Shown here: positions 1-14,635 of the stretch, piece by piece
Position numbering within the stretch: position 1 is the first letter of the stretch
How the letters are laid out: the number at the start of each line of letters is the position of its first letter
From: Octopus sinensis
Lineage: Eukaryota
DNA length: 64,000 nt
NCBI RefSeq assembly: GCF_006345805.1
Contig: NC_043017.1
Location: 19,654,001-19,718,000 of the forward strand
Reading direction: 5' to 3'
Position numbers and translations under genes: made by a program
Notes under the pieces: generated by a model
What the model saw: only the letters and a program-made list of their open reading frames with translations
What the model was told of the DNA's origin: nothing
Databases searched by the model: none

Positions 1-1947
1 AAAACAAAACCTAAGTAGGATACTCAGCTGCCAAAGAGATCCTAGAGTAAGGATGTTTAAGTCACATGTGAAATGTTGGCTAAAATCTATAGATTTATTC
101 TATACTACATTACAATATAAAAAAACAAAACATTGTTAATGTGTTAGAAATTTATTGAAAGAATAAACATTTTTGAAATATTTTCTATGTAAAAAGATAC
201 TTAAACATTACAAGCACCAATTAGGTAGATATTGGGAGGGTCTTGTTTCTCTTTGCTGTCGCAAATTGATGTTTATAATGTCCAATATTAATTTACATTG
301 AAAATCTTTGCATTTATTTAACTTATAATTTGAAAAATTCAAAATAGGGAATGGAAAGAAATGAAAATAAAAGTGAGAAACATTTGACAAGTATGATTTA
401 GAAGAAGACAGAACTGTTGGGGAAAGAAGATATACTAACCAGCTGTCAAAGAAACTACCCATTCGTCTATCTATCTATCTTTCGTTCCGTCTATGTATGT
501 ATGTCTTTACCTATCAGTCTATCTATCCATCTATCAGACTTTCTTTCTCTTTATCGTTCTATCTATCTATCTATCTATCCTTTTTCTGTCTTTCCATCCA
601 GCTATCGAGGGTGGGTGGGGTAAGGATGTCATAGATATTTCAAACTGTTTATTTTGAAAAGAGTGAGAAATAAGATATCTTTCACTACTCAGAATGAAAA
701 AAAAAAGAAAAAAGAAAAAAAAACAATAAAAAAACCCCCACAAACAACAAACAAAATCGTTGGAAAAATTCTTAAGTTGCTTGGGATATTGTTTTGGTTT
801 CGCTAACTTACCCCACCACCACCACTCAACACATGCACTTTAAGGACTTCAAGCTATAGAATCCTATTTCAGGAGACAAAAACCCCACCATAGAAATGGT
901 CGCCACTGCCCCAAGCATAGATAAACCTTTATCCATCATTGTTCCACACTGTACCATTCCTCAGTTCCTCTGTATTAGGAACGGTTAATTTGCTTGGATG
1001 AAATATATATATATATACATACATATATATTCTTGTAAACATATATTTATTTACCAAGCTCCTTCTTTTTCCTCTCTCTTTTTTTTTTCATTATTTCTTA
1101 CCCAAAACCTGCCTAAAGGAAACCTTTATAATCTTTAAGTACTTCCATCTCAGCCTGCACTTGAAGAGTTCAAATAAAGAAATGTTAAGTAATCCAAGAC
1201 CAATATAATACACATTCTATTGTGCTTCTTTTAATATCGAAGCCTTTCTGATTATTTTAAAACAAAAGATTTTAGCCAATAAGCTCAACTTGAAACCCCT
1301 CACCTAACCCTGCTTCTTTCTATAGCCCTTCCTGGTTCTCAAGATATGAATTTTATCCCTCTTTTCCTCAACAATTACAATGGCTTCTGTTATTCCAACA
1401 TCGTTAACTGACCTGGAGTTTCTCAAGCAAGTTTATATTTATATGATAACCAACTAAGCAGTGATTCAGCAGAACCAGTAGAGCATTGGTCTCAAAATGC
1501 TGTGGCATTACTTGTTCTGGTCAAGGAGGTGAGCTGGCAAAGCACACCGTCAAAATGCTTAGTAGCATTTTGTCCATCTTCACACCCTGAGTTCAAATTC
1601 CACCCAAGTTTAAGTTTGCCTTATTCTTTCAGGGTTGATAAATCAAGTACCAGTTGAGTATTGGGGGCCAATAAAAGAAGTTACAGTTAAGCACTGGCTT
1701 TGGTGTGACCAACTTACTGCCTCCGCTGAACTTGTTGGCCTTGTGCCAAAGTTTGAAACTAGAATTCATTCAAGGTGGCAAACTAGCAGAATCATTAGCA
1801 AGCTGGGCAAAATTCTTAGAGGCCCCAGCATGGCCATGGCACAATGACTAATGCTACAAAAAGAACCGATAATACCAGAGCTATGAGTTGTCCAAATATA
1901 ATTCTAAGTTTTGGTCAAATGACAAAACAAAAAAGCAAACCCTTTAA

Positions 1948-2172
1948 CCTTTTAGCTTTCAAATTACTCTGACAAGTCAAATTTAATCCTTATTTATCCA
2001 CCTTGTTTTGAATTAATCCTATATTATCTTGCAGCTTTCAAATTTCAATGACGTGAGTGTATATCTTTAGAATGACATTGTAAGGTAGGTGTGAGAGGCC
2101 AGAGCTGGTCAGTTTAAACATAAAACAAATAGAATATTTGGACCAGATATGGCCATTTTAAATGCTAAACGG
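1948..2172. mobile_element. piggyBac-type MITE (second family)
   Basis: ttaa|ccttttagc ... gctaaacgg|tcaa, similar to 19185-19402. Confidence 0.6.
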
Positions 2173-3755
2173 TCAATGATGTTCTCTCTCAACAAGCACA
2201 AAGGTACAACAGTTCTTTATTTGATACAAAGAATTTGGCAGTTAATTCCTTTAATTCATTTCAAGTTTTTTCCTATAATATTAATTAAACTTTTTAATAT
2301 TTAGTGGTCATTAGTGATTATAATGAAAACTTATCTACTATAATAATTACATTCAGGAAAAAAAAAAAAAAATTATTATTATTATTATTATTATTATTAG
2401 TGGAATTGCTTATTTTCTTTTCTATAAAGATATCTCGGTTCTTTAAAATCTCATCTACAGATTAAGAAAAAAAATTAGAAATATAAAAAAAACTGGAGAT
2501 TATTAAAAGAATAAAATATTCAACATTGAATAAATAAATTTAATAAATACCCCATGTAATTAATTAGTTCCTGCCAACTGTTTTACTTTTTTTTAATTTT
2601 TATTTTTTAGATATTTTTTCTAGAATTTTTTATAGAAAATTTTCTCCTTAAGCTTTCATTTGCTTTAAAATTTACCAATGAATACATATTTTTTCAATTT
2701 AATTCCTTGCCTGCCCTGTGTATCATACGGTATACACAAGACATGTTTTCCTGGCATCTATATATCATGTAAAATAGACATTTCTATTTTATTTTTTCTC
2801 CAACCAGAATAATTTCAGAGTTACGAAGGGAAAATTTTGTATTACTCAGAGCATAACAAAGAAAGAAGGACTAACTAAATGTTTGAAAACAGACATTTAG
2901 GATAGACTTATGAAAATGCTTTAGACAAAGGCTTGTTCTTCATTATTTTCAAAATTGATCGAAATAAAAGCAATGTATTTCAACAGAAATATGATATCAA
3001 AAGGGTTAAGTAAGAGATTGTTAAGTGGATCCTTCTTTGCTTTTTATAGAATGGCAAACATTTGAACCAAACCTCTGGTTCCCTGCCTGCTGACTTGCAA
3101 GTTTCTTAACCCTGAAAACACTCCTAGATCCATGATATAAACTACCTCTTTTAAAAGTGAACTAAATTAAAAACTACCATCAAAATTTCATGTTAATTTA
3201 TGTTAATTTCATGTTAATTTATATTTTATATGCGACCCACAGGACATATTTTCCTGGCATTCATGCATCATATATGATGTACATTCCTTACTTTTGTCAA
3301 CTGCCAAAGTAACTTGGGATTTATAAAAATGGGAAAGCTTAATATTGCTTAGAACGAATGAAACGAAGAATAAATAATAGTCTGCAAACAAGCCATGGAC
3401 GTTTGGGACGAATTTATGAAAATGCTTTGGACAGGAAAAGGTTTAAAGCAAACATTGTGAAAGACTCACAAATGGAAATCACAAATTGGTTAGTTACAGT
3501 AAAATGTCAAATGGAAAAAAAAAAGTAGACTGAAATTCATAGGATTGTTGGCTTTTCACCAAAGTGGCCTGGGTTCAATTCCTGGCATGGGAAAGCGTTT
3601 TCATAGGTGTGGGCATGGTCCTAGGTTCAGTACCACTGTATGACACCTTGGGCAAGTGTCTTCTACTCTAGTCTTGGGCTGACCAAAGCCTTGTAAGTGG
3701 ATTTGTTAAATGGAAACTGAAAGAAGCCTGTCATGTGTGTGTGCATAGATATCAA

Positions 3756-3786
<31 letters not shown>

Positions 3787-3876
3787 ATATATATATATAT
3801 GATATATCTTACTTCATGTTGATTACATAGTTGGTGACGTCCTGTACCCATATATGTATATATATATATGCATGTA

Positions 3877-3941
<65 letters not shown>

Positions 3942-5156
3942 TAAAACATCATACTATATATATATATATATATATAATATATATATATATATCATAATAT
4001 ATATATTATTTATATTATATGTGTATTTATATGTTGTCTTTGTGTTGTTTACATCCTCCTCCCATATTCCAACCATGTTGGTTCATTTACAACCCCATAA
4101 CTTAGCAGCCCAGCAAAAGACACTGAAAGAATAAGTACCAGGTTTAATAAATAAATAAATAAATAAATAATAGGATTGATTTGTTCAACAAAGCCCTTCG
4201 TGGTAGTGCTCCAGCATGACCACAATCTAATGACTGAAACAAATATATATATATAAAAAACAACAACAACTAAAAGAAACTATATATAGCAAGTAGCAAA
4301 ACCATAGCTTAGAATTCCTGATATTTCGATTAATATTGATTTGGAATATTGTTCTAGAATGGTCTTTGAGGAAACAAATAATTATATGCTCTCATTTATA
4401 AACACGCTCACCATTATTTCATTGTTAGTGCGGATATCAGAGAATATCATATTCACATTTTGTATTGTTGTTGTTGTTGTAATTTTAATTTTCTTTTTAT
4501 TTCTTTATAAACTTCAAAAATAAACGTAAAAAAAAATATGAAAACAAAAAAAAAGAAACAAAGATTTTTTTATAAATAAATAGCATTGATTTCTTATATA
4601 CAGAATTAAGATTTTTGAATCTATATATATGTGTGTGTATATCTGTGTGTATCATCATCATCATCATTTAATGTCTGTTGTCGATGCTGGCATGGGTTGG
4701 TAAGCTAAGGGGCTGCACCGGACTCCAGTCTGATTTGGCATTGTTTCTACAGCTGGATGCCCTTCCTAATACCAACCACTCATATAAATATATATATCAA
4801 AACAGGAGATTGGAAATTGTTTGGCATTATCTATTCACCATTACACATGTTTCATTTGCTAATAGGAGTAACAAAATTGTAAATGTGAGACAAAAAACAT
4901 GTAAGATATCTTCTGTTAGAAATTCTTCAGACAGAGAATCAAGTTGGATTTGAACACTACCTACATTATATATAGTTTTAATTTTTTTTCTTTTGGTGAG
5001 GGGGGGGGGATGTCAGTTTCACTTCTCAGACCAAATAGTGCAAAACATTTCATTTCATGTTGCTCCAGTCAGTTCAGCTATAAATGAGTAACCCTGCAGC
5101 GGATTGATGTCCCATTCAGGAGGGATGTTCTGACCCTATTCAGTTATACGTCACAG

Positions 5157-5390
5157 AAAGGCGGCGAGCTGGCAGAAATGTTAGCACGCCGGGCGAAATG
5201 CTTAGCAGTATTTCGTCTGATGTTATGTTCTGAGTTCAAATTCTGCCGAGGTCGACTTTGCCTTTCATCCTTCCGGGGTTGATAAATAAAGTACCAGTTA
5301 TGCACTGGGGTCGGTGTAATCGAATTAATCACTTTGTCTGTCCTTGTTTGTCCCCTCTGTGTGTAGCCCCTTGTGACCAATAAAGAAATA
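5157..5390 (+). mobile_element. tRNA-derived SINE family B
   Basis: ggcggcgagctggcagaa...gagttcaaattc head and central gaggtcgactttgcctttcatcc...gataaa...gtaccag domain. Many copies elsewhere (e.g. ~1525-1750, 31025-31250). Confidence 0.8.
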
Positions 5391-5449
5391 AGAAAGTAGG
5401 GAAACAGCCCTATGAGTAGCAGGAATTGGTACAGTAATGTCCAGAGGTT

Positions 5450-5485
<36 letters not shown>

Positions 5486-6021
5486 TCTTTGATTCTCATC
5501 ATTTCTCGTGTATTCTTTATTCCAAAGTCTTCGTGTTTCATGTACGAAATCAAATTAAAACTATAGCAAACATAACCTTAATTCTGTGTGTTTGTGTAGA
5601 CATGCACACATGGAGTGGGGAGGGGGGGAGCAAGATGCATGTGCATGTTCGTGTGCACATGCGTAAATTGGTAAAAAAAAAAAAAAATCAACAACAAAAA
5701 CTCCACACAAAATAAAGATGAATAAAATAAGCATCGCATTTTGTTATTGAAAAGTTTGACAGATTAAAAAACAAGACACGTCCGTACATTGGCAGGCTTT
5801 TGAACAAGACATCATGTTGAGATACAAACTTAACTTTCGTCAAATTACAGAGATAAAAATCTCTGGTCTAAGTCTTCCTCGGACTGCTACTGAGATAAAC
5901 AACAACACCACACACAAATACACACAAAAACTAAGCCGAAACTAAATAAACTTATTTATATAGCTGCAGCTGATAGTATAAAAGAAAACACACAGCAATA
6001 ATTATTATTTACTGCTGGAGA

Positions 6022-6058
<37 letters not shown>

Positions 6059-6199
6059 GGAATAAAAATGAAAAGAAAAATATAAAATGAACGGCAACAA
6101 CAAGAACATCAACATCATATGAAATACATCTTTCATATATTGCTGGCGGTACTTATGTAAATATTTAAACTTTGAAGAAACGAATACTTATTAAGTTTC

Positions 6200-6760
<561 letters not shown>

Positions 6761-9700
6761 TGTATACGTGTCTTTCTGAAAATAGAAACTGTCTTTTCTG
6801 ACTTTCTTTAACTCGTTTGCAAAAGACAAATAAATATAAAGATGCTTCAAAATAATGAATACATTATCGTTATTTCTTCACAGATATTTCATGAATTTTA
6901 AGGGGGAAAAAAATCATAATATTTCTCGTTAGCAACCTTCACAGAGATAACCCCATTTCCTTCTATTTTTAAAAATATTTTTAATTAATTCTTTTTTTTT
7001 TCTTTGTTTTTAAAGGGACAACTTCATGAGATGACAAATGTTTATACCCTTTGTTATTTCAATCTTGCTCTGATCCCTGCTTTATTTTTCTTTGTGTGGG
7101 GGTTTAATTAAACTAGTAGCCCCTGCTCTGCTCTGTTTTCAGCATATTTATATTTTTACCACTGTCCCTTATCTCAGCCCAAGATCCCTTCCCCTCCAGT
7201 ATTCTTTAGCCACTTCTATCACTTACATCCCTTTTCTTTCCATAGTGGTCCCTTTTGTGTGGTGAGAAATTTGCTTCCCAAACACATGATCTTGGGTTCG
7301 GTCCCACAGTGTAGCGAATTTTCTTGGGCAAGTTTCTTTCTACTATAGCCCCAGGCCAGCTAAAGCCTTGTGAGTGAAATTAGTCGACGGAAACTGTGTG
7401 GAAGTCTGTCATACACACATATGTAAGTAATGAATATGTGCATGTGTTTGTCACTCCACACAGTTGGTTGGTTTTTGCTCCCATAACTTAGCAGTTCACC
7501 AAACGCAACTGACAGAATAAGGACTAGATTTAAGGAAAACAATAAGCACTAAGAGCAATTTGTTTGACTAAAACCCTCCAATGCAAGTGCTCCAGCATGG
7601 CTGCAGTCCAATGATAGAAAAAAGTAAAAAGGGAAAGCAAAGAAAAAAATGATAGTGTTATTTGGAAAAGATTTGACTTCTATTTCTAGCAAACTGATCC
7701 ACCATGTAGAGCCTTCCTTGTCTTGTGGACTGTGAACTGTAAATGTCTTAGAAGAGACATGGTCATTTGATTTTAAACATGAAACAGAACATGGTTCAGT
7801 AACTGGAGAAGGAAATTAAAAAACTTCTTGAAAACTACTTTGTCGTTCAGTGAATTTGTGACAAATATTCTTCAATATAAGATCTAAAAAAAAAACAAAA
7901 AAACTCCCCAAACCCCAGAGATCTTGAAATCTTCTATCACAAGAAAAGACTTGATTCAAGTTAAGAATTTGATCAGATTTTAACTTCAATGGAAACATTT
8001 TCCTTGCCATCTTAAATAAAAGATATATATATGTACATATATGTTTTTGCATGTATGTACATATATTTGATACAATTTTATCGAATGACTATGTACTCAT
8101 TTTTTATCTTCAGGAACTCATTCGATATACCATTTTTAATGCCAATTTTAAATTTACCAAGAAGCAGATTTTCCTTGCTGATATCCATGTTCGGAAGGCA
8201 GACACTGGTCTTTAAATTATGCATAAGATATCTATCAGTTTCTATCAATAAGCAATTGTCTTCATCGATTATGCCTCCTTCTCTCGCTCTTTGTCGTTTA
8301 TTTTCTTTGTCAACATTGTTTTAAAGCAACTTGCTTGTAGTAAGTCATTGTCCTAGATAGAAGAGAGAATTGGGGCTTAAAGAGAGTGAGAAAGAGAGAA
8401 GAAATAAAAAGAAAAACAGGAAAGCCAAGAGAAACCGGGAGAGAGAGAGGAAAAGACAGAAAAGTTGGCGGTAAGTCTGCAGGAATAATGTCTGGTAAAT
8501 TTCACCAGTAATTTGTATGACTTATATTCTGCGGACACTTATAGCTGTGTGGCAATATCGCATTTGAATATAATAATTACTTGGACAGAAAACTAAATGC
8601 CTTGGTAACGAACTGAACGAAATATCATCATATATAAGTCTATGAAGAAGTTAGTTTGACAGAGAATAGGAGAAAAGAAAAATAAGAGAAAGATAAAAGG
8701 AAAAACAGAACTCTTCTCTCCTTGCACCACCAAGAGAAAAGAAAGAAAGGAAAAAAATCAATCAATCAAATCATTATGTTCAATTAAAATGCGGAAATAA
8801 TACAACGAATAAGGAAACATAATGGCATTGTGAAGAGAGTTGGTTAGAAGACTTTTCTTTTGAGTTTCACAACTAATTAAGCATAAGTGTAGCTAAATAC
8901 CCAGAACAAGAGTTACGACATTTGTTATATTTTCAATACATAAATGGCACGTAAGAGGTGGGATGAGTGGAAAGAGAGAAGAAGGAAAGAACAGACAGAA
9001 AGAGGGAAAGTGGACAAAATAGCTATGAAATAGAGTCGATGTATATTATTTAATGTTTAATAAAACACACTGGTGGTTGTGGGGATGTTCTCACCACATC
9101 AGCATTGTGGAGTTTTTGTCTATATATTCATTGATTCTTATATAGGCTGCATGGTCATCAAGCCATGTGGTTATGAGTTCAGTCCCATTGTGTGTGCATG
9201 TGTGTATGGTGTGCCTTCTTCTATAGATTTCTACTATAGACCAAAAGCTTCATGAGTGGATGTGAATGAATCCACTGACAAACATATGGAAAAAAGAATC
9301 CTGTCATATATATATATATACCAGCACTTGTGCTGGTGGCATGTGAAATATTTGAGCGAGGTCATCGCCAGTGCTGCTGGACTGGCTCCTGTGCAGGTGG
9401 CACATAAAAAGCACCATTTGGGCATGGCTGTTGCCAGTACCACCAAACTGGCCCTCATGCCGGTGGCACGTAAAAGCACCCACTACACTCTCGGAGTGGT
9501 TGGTGTTAGGAAGGGCATCCAGCTGTAGAAACTCTGTCAGTTCAGATAGGAGTCTGGTTCGCCAGACCTCAGTCAAATCGTCCAACCCATGCTAGCATGG
9601 AAAGCGGACATTAAATGTTGATGATGATATATATAAATTAAAATTCAGAAAATGGAGATGTAGCATTGATATAATTTATTAAATGCAAAAATTCAACATA

Positions 9701-9986
9701 TTCTTTTACAGCTGTTTCCATTTTCCCCAAAGAATTAAATTCCAGTAATTAAAAGCATTGTATTGGGCAAAATCTCATTAGAAGAGTGGAAAAGTCATAC
9801 TATTACATTATTATATGTTATGTTACCAAATCATCTCAACAGACTATATATATATATAAGCTGTAATAATGAAATCAAGCCAAATAGTGATATTTTGAAA
9901 TCATTTAACATGTACCTTTCATATTTTCATAATATATAGTGGGAAATGCATGCGTTACGTAAACCGTCATCAGTTAAAGCATTTCA

Positions 9987-10018
<32 letters not shown>

Positions 10019-10138
10019 GTGTGAATGTGAGTTCAATTCCCATGCATACTAATACCCAATTTTGTTTCTGTTGGGAGTTTATATACTCTAATATTAGACT
10101 ATTTTATATAGTCAATATATGGTGAAAGCTTATAATTA

Positions 10139-10189
<51 letters not shown>

Positions 10190-12379
10190 TGCGTATTTGC
10201 TCGTATATTTGTGCATATTTGTATATGTATGTGTGTTTGTACGTGTGCATGTATGTGCAAGTATTTGCATGTGTGTGTAAGCGTGTATGTATGATGGCAA
10301 ACAATATTACTTTCGTAAGGTTTCACTAAACCTATCAGTAACCTCAACCCCTGTAAACGATACCCCAGTCCAGAAAACCCCCCCATACATTGTACCTCAC
10401 CCCCCCTACACACACCAGAAAATAATATCCAATACTAAACAAATGATGGAGAGAGAGAGAAAGAGTGAGAGGGGAAGGGAAGAGAGGAGAGAGAGTATAT
10501 AAAAAATATATATACAATATATAAAAAAAATCCCAACTATTTGTATTTGTCCATATGGATCGGTAATTAGTGCCAAAGCTATCTTGGATGCATCAAAATT
10601 TAACAGAGAGGAACACTGCACCAGCTGTGTTTGTGTGTGTGTGTAAGTGTATGCATGAGTGATATTGTCGTTGTTTAGCCCTAGGCTAGTCCTGAGGGAG
10701 GATATTTATGATCTAAAAATGTTCTACTTGTGAGCATCTCATTAAAATTTTTTTCACCCCCCCGCATGTCTCCACCCACTTTTGTTCCTTCACGCACAGC
10801 GAGCCTATGACTGGCTGCTGCCATCATTATCCTTATCATCGTAGCTGTTGTCAGCATCATTTTCATTATCATCATCGTTGTCAATATCTATTGCACTGGA
10901 CATCCTCCTCCTGCTCCTCACCATCACCAGCAGTGACAATACTGTCATCACCATCATCATCCATATAATTTTATATCCGCTTTTCATGACTGCACACGTT
11001 GTACATGCCTTCCAGAATCATGCTATAGGTTGTGGTCCCTTTTTTTCTGTCACACATTCAGAGCCAAACGAAAAAGAAAAAGACAAAATTGACCCCCACC
11101 CACAATCTATGTTGTGGTAAATGTTAAAAATTTTATTTAAATTCTAATTAATATTTTTATTATCGCCTATATGGTATTTAACACTGATGAAGTTCCTCTC
11201 GTTAACCACTTAACAACACAGATTGGCAGTGGGATGCGGTGAGGTGGGAGCGTTTATCATGGCATAGGCATTAGAAAAGTTCTTTGTAACAGGGCCAAAG
11301 AGACCCCTTTAACTTGGACCATTTTCAATTCACAGTCACTGCTATCCTAGAGAGACACACATATATAAATATACACATAAATTCATATATATATATATAT
11401 ATAATTTATATAATGTTATAAATATAGTACTTAAGAAGACACATGAAGCCAAGAAAAACCATAGTTATGACCGATGCCAGTGTCACATAACTGGCACCTG
11501 TGCCACTGGCACATAAAAAGCACCCATTACACTCTTGGAGTGGTTGGTATCAGGAAGGGCATCCAGCGGTAGAAACACTGCCAAATCAGACAGGAGACTG
11601 GTGCAGCTCAGTGGGCTTGTCAGTTTCAGTCAAACTGTCTAACCCATGCCAGCATGGACAGCAGACGTTAAATGATGAGGACGATAGTCTTATAACAGTG
11701 AATTTATGTAAGCAAATGGTTTCATGTTGAAGAACTTTTCCCAATGTGGAGAAATATATTAACAATCATCAGACACAACTAAATGGAGACATGAAGATGT
11801 GCATAAATAGTTGACCTGCTCTGTTATCTAATATATACCTAGTTGTTTCTTTCTGACTTTTGAAAACTTATGGAATGACTATAAATACATATATTTGTTC
11901 ATCTCCATGCAAGAATGTGAACAACTTATAGGTAACAGGACCTGAAGATTAGCTAGGCTGGTCCTGTGTATGTTACAACTTATGTAACAAGCATCACTCT
12001 GATATGAAACATTCGTAGTCTGTTCCATTCCTTATTTTCTTGGATATTTATTCACCTTTTTAGCTACTTTAGTTGCAAAAGTGTGAATTGCACGGTGACT
12101 GTCAGCTTATCGGAATTTCTTTTGATTTCAATAAGGAACAAAATGTGTAACTTAGAAGGTTAATAAACTTGTTTTATTGTATATTGTCCACCTCCTGTCG
12201 TTTGTACTAACTGCACAAAAGCTTGAAGATTACTATCTTCTTACACTTAGTTTGCTGGATTGTATTTATCTACCTATCTATCTATACACACACACACACA
12301 CATACATACATACATAAATTTCGTTTTAGAGGCAAGTGAGGATCAGAATGGAAATCGATCAATGGAAATTGCAGATGTG

Positions 12380-12722
12380 TTACCAGTGCCGGTGGCATGT
12401 AAGAGAACCTTCCGTTTCGCGATCGTTGCCAGCACCGCCCCGTTTCGTGTCCGTTGCCAGCCTCGCCTGGCCCTTGTGCCGGTGGCACATAAAAAGCACC
12501 ATCCGTTCGTGGCCGTTTGCCAGCTCTGTGCGGGTGGCACGTAAAAAGCACCCGCTACACTCACGGAGTGGTTGGCGTTAGGAAGGGCATCCAGCCGTAG
12601 AAACACTGCCAGATTTGACTGGGCCTGATGAAGCCTTCTGGCTTCACAGACCCCAGTAGAACCGTCCAACCCATGCTAGCATGGAAAACGGACGCTAAAC
12701 GACGATGATGATGATGATGATG
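12380..12722 (+). mobile_element. SINE-like family C with internal hairpin repeats and (GAT)n tail
   Basis: Repeated gtgccggtggcac(g/a)taaaaagcacc, conserved ggttggcgttaggaagggcatccag, tail ...catggaaaacggacgctaaac(gat)n. Copies at ~4655-4780, 9330-9628, 11475-11684, 13480-13655, 18820-19000, 31625-31872, 33438-33722, 43790-43950 and 59918-60110. Confidence 0.75.
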
Positions 12723-14603
12723 ACAACACGTACACATATATTAAATCTGAAAAATTTAGACTCTTGTATATTGAATAATTATTTTCCATTTATATCTGAA
12801 AACAGATTAACTTCCTGCTGATGATTCTAGATAAATGAATAGATGCAAACCATTACTGCTTAGACTGTTTTATACAAATTTTTGTTTTCAAGTAATATAT
12901 ATATATATGTGTGTGTATGTATATATATATATATGTCTTCTCATGTTTGGTAATTCAGACATTTCTCAGCTTTGCCAAATCCCCGACAGCGAAACACCCT
13001 CTGATACGACATAATTTATAATTACAATGCGATTAGTTATATGGCTTCATGACTTCATACTTCTTCTGTACAAAACAGAAATTAATGTCAAGGAGGAGTG
13101 CAAATGTGAGACAGAGAGAGAATACCTATAAAACCTTCACAGCATGTATTAGCAAAACCTGATTAAAAGTACAAGAGGATGTGTACGTGTTGTGTCTGGT
13201 AACTGGGGTTTTGAACTTAAAGGTCACTTTTGGTCAATCACTGACCAGTAATTTTAGCTGTATCAGTGTGACATTGTATGGTTTTTAAGTACTGGTCTTT
13301 AAGCCTGAACTGGAAACCCTTGATTCTACAAATGCATACATGTACACACTCACACACATGTATATACATATATACACAAATTCAAATCCAAAATTATACA
13401 CATAGAATCTTTTATCTCACACAAAACACACACAGACATATACATGAGAGAAACACACATACAAATAACATCCATGCCGGTAGCACATCAAAGAACCCAT
13501 TATACTCTCAGAGTGGTTGGTGTTAGGAAGGGCATCCAGCCATAGAAAACCACGTCAAATCAGACTGGATCCTGGTGCGGCCTTCCAGCATGCCAGTCAA
13601 GTCAAACCGTTCAACCCATGCCAGCATGGACAACGGGCATTAAATGATGATGATGGTGATATATATGCACATATGTATATAATATAGCATTTATCACCAT
13701 CATTATCATTTAACATCCATACATCATATACATAATATACTATATATATATATATATACACACACACACATACACACACGCATCATAATATATATAATAT
13801 ATAACATAATGTATATATTTACATACAACACACATATATACACAAGAACCTGTCTCTGTTTCTCTCTCAATCCTACTTACATACACACACAAACACACAC
13901 ACACACTGTATGTCGAAAACCATTGCAACAATGGCAACAAAAGAGGAGGAGGAGGGGGAGTATGCTAATCATAGAAACTCTGTTACAAAACCTGACTATT
14001 TCTGTGTATGTGGTGGTGGTGGTGAATAGGGTTGAAATGAATTTTCCAGTTAATTAAACGAAGGCAAAACAAGGAAATTGAAAATAAAGATTTGTGGTTA
14101 ATATAAAAAAAAAGAAACCAAAAAAAAAAAGAAAAAGAAAAGGAAAAAGAAAAAAAAAAGACCTATTTACATTTTTCAAGGTATCTCGGAATAAGACAGG
14201 AATAACTTTTAAATTTAGACAACAATTATTACAGAACGAATATCCGAATGTTTTCGGAAACAAAAGCTGTATTAAATAGATTGTCATAAAGAACTTATAA
14301 ATATAATCCAATTTGGTTTTGACTGAGAGAGAGAGAGAGAGAGAGAGAGAAGGAAAGAGAGAGGGAGGGAGAGAAAAGAAAGACCACACTGCAATAAAAC
14401 AAAACACAGGCCCCTCCCCTCAAAAGACAAAAAAAAAAAAGAGAGAGAGAAAAATAACAGCAATAATAATAATAAAAGTGATAATAGTACAGAAATAAAT
14501 GAAATAATAAAATAAGGAATAAAATTAAAACAAAAAAAGCCAAAACAAATAACATTGGTTATTTAAATATTTGACTTTGTTCAATGAAGCCATCAACGTC
14601 ACA

Positions 14604-14635
<32 letters not shown>

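Noticed and set aside
5790-5830. QAFEQDIML peptide similar to the NAV AAFEQSL motif
   Set aside because: Wrong strand and no splice signals.
9943-9988. Minus-strand CTGATGA-CGG... next to (TA)n, a possible HHR
   Set aside because: GAAA is replaced by GTAA, stem II is not closed and stem I is out of register. At best a decayed remnant.
12380-12560. CRISPR-like repeat-spacer look
   Set aside because: Eukaryotic context, no cas genes, only 2-3 repeats, spacers related to each other, and embedded in a dispersed SINE.
12818-12865. CTGATGA-T-TCTA..TAGA-T-GCAA HHR-like string
   Set aside because: The core has GCAA rather than GAAA, and the flanks cannot form stem I.
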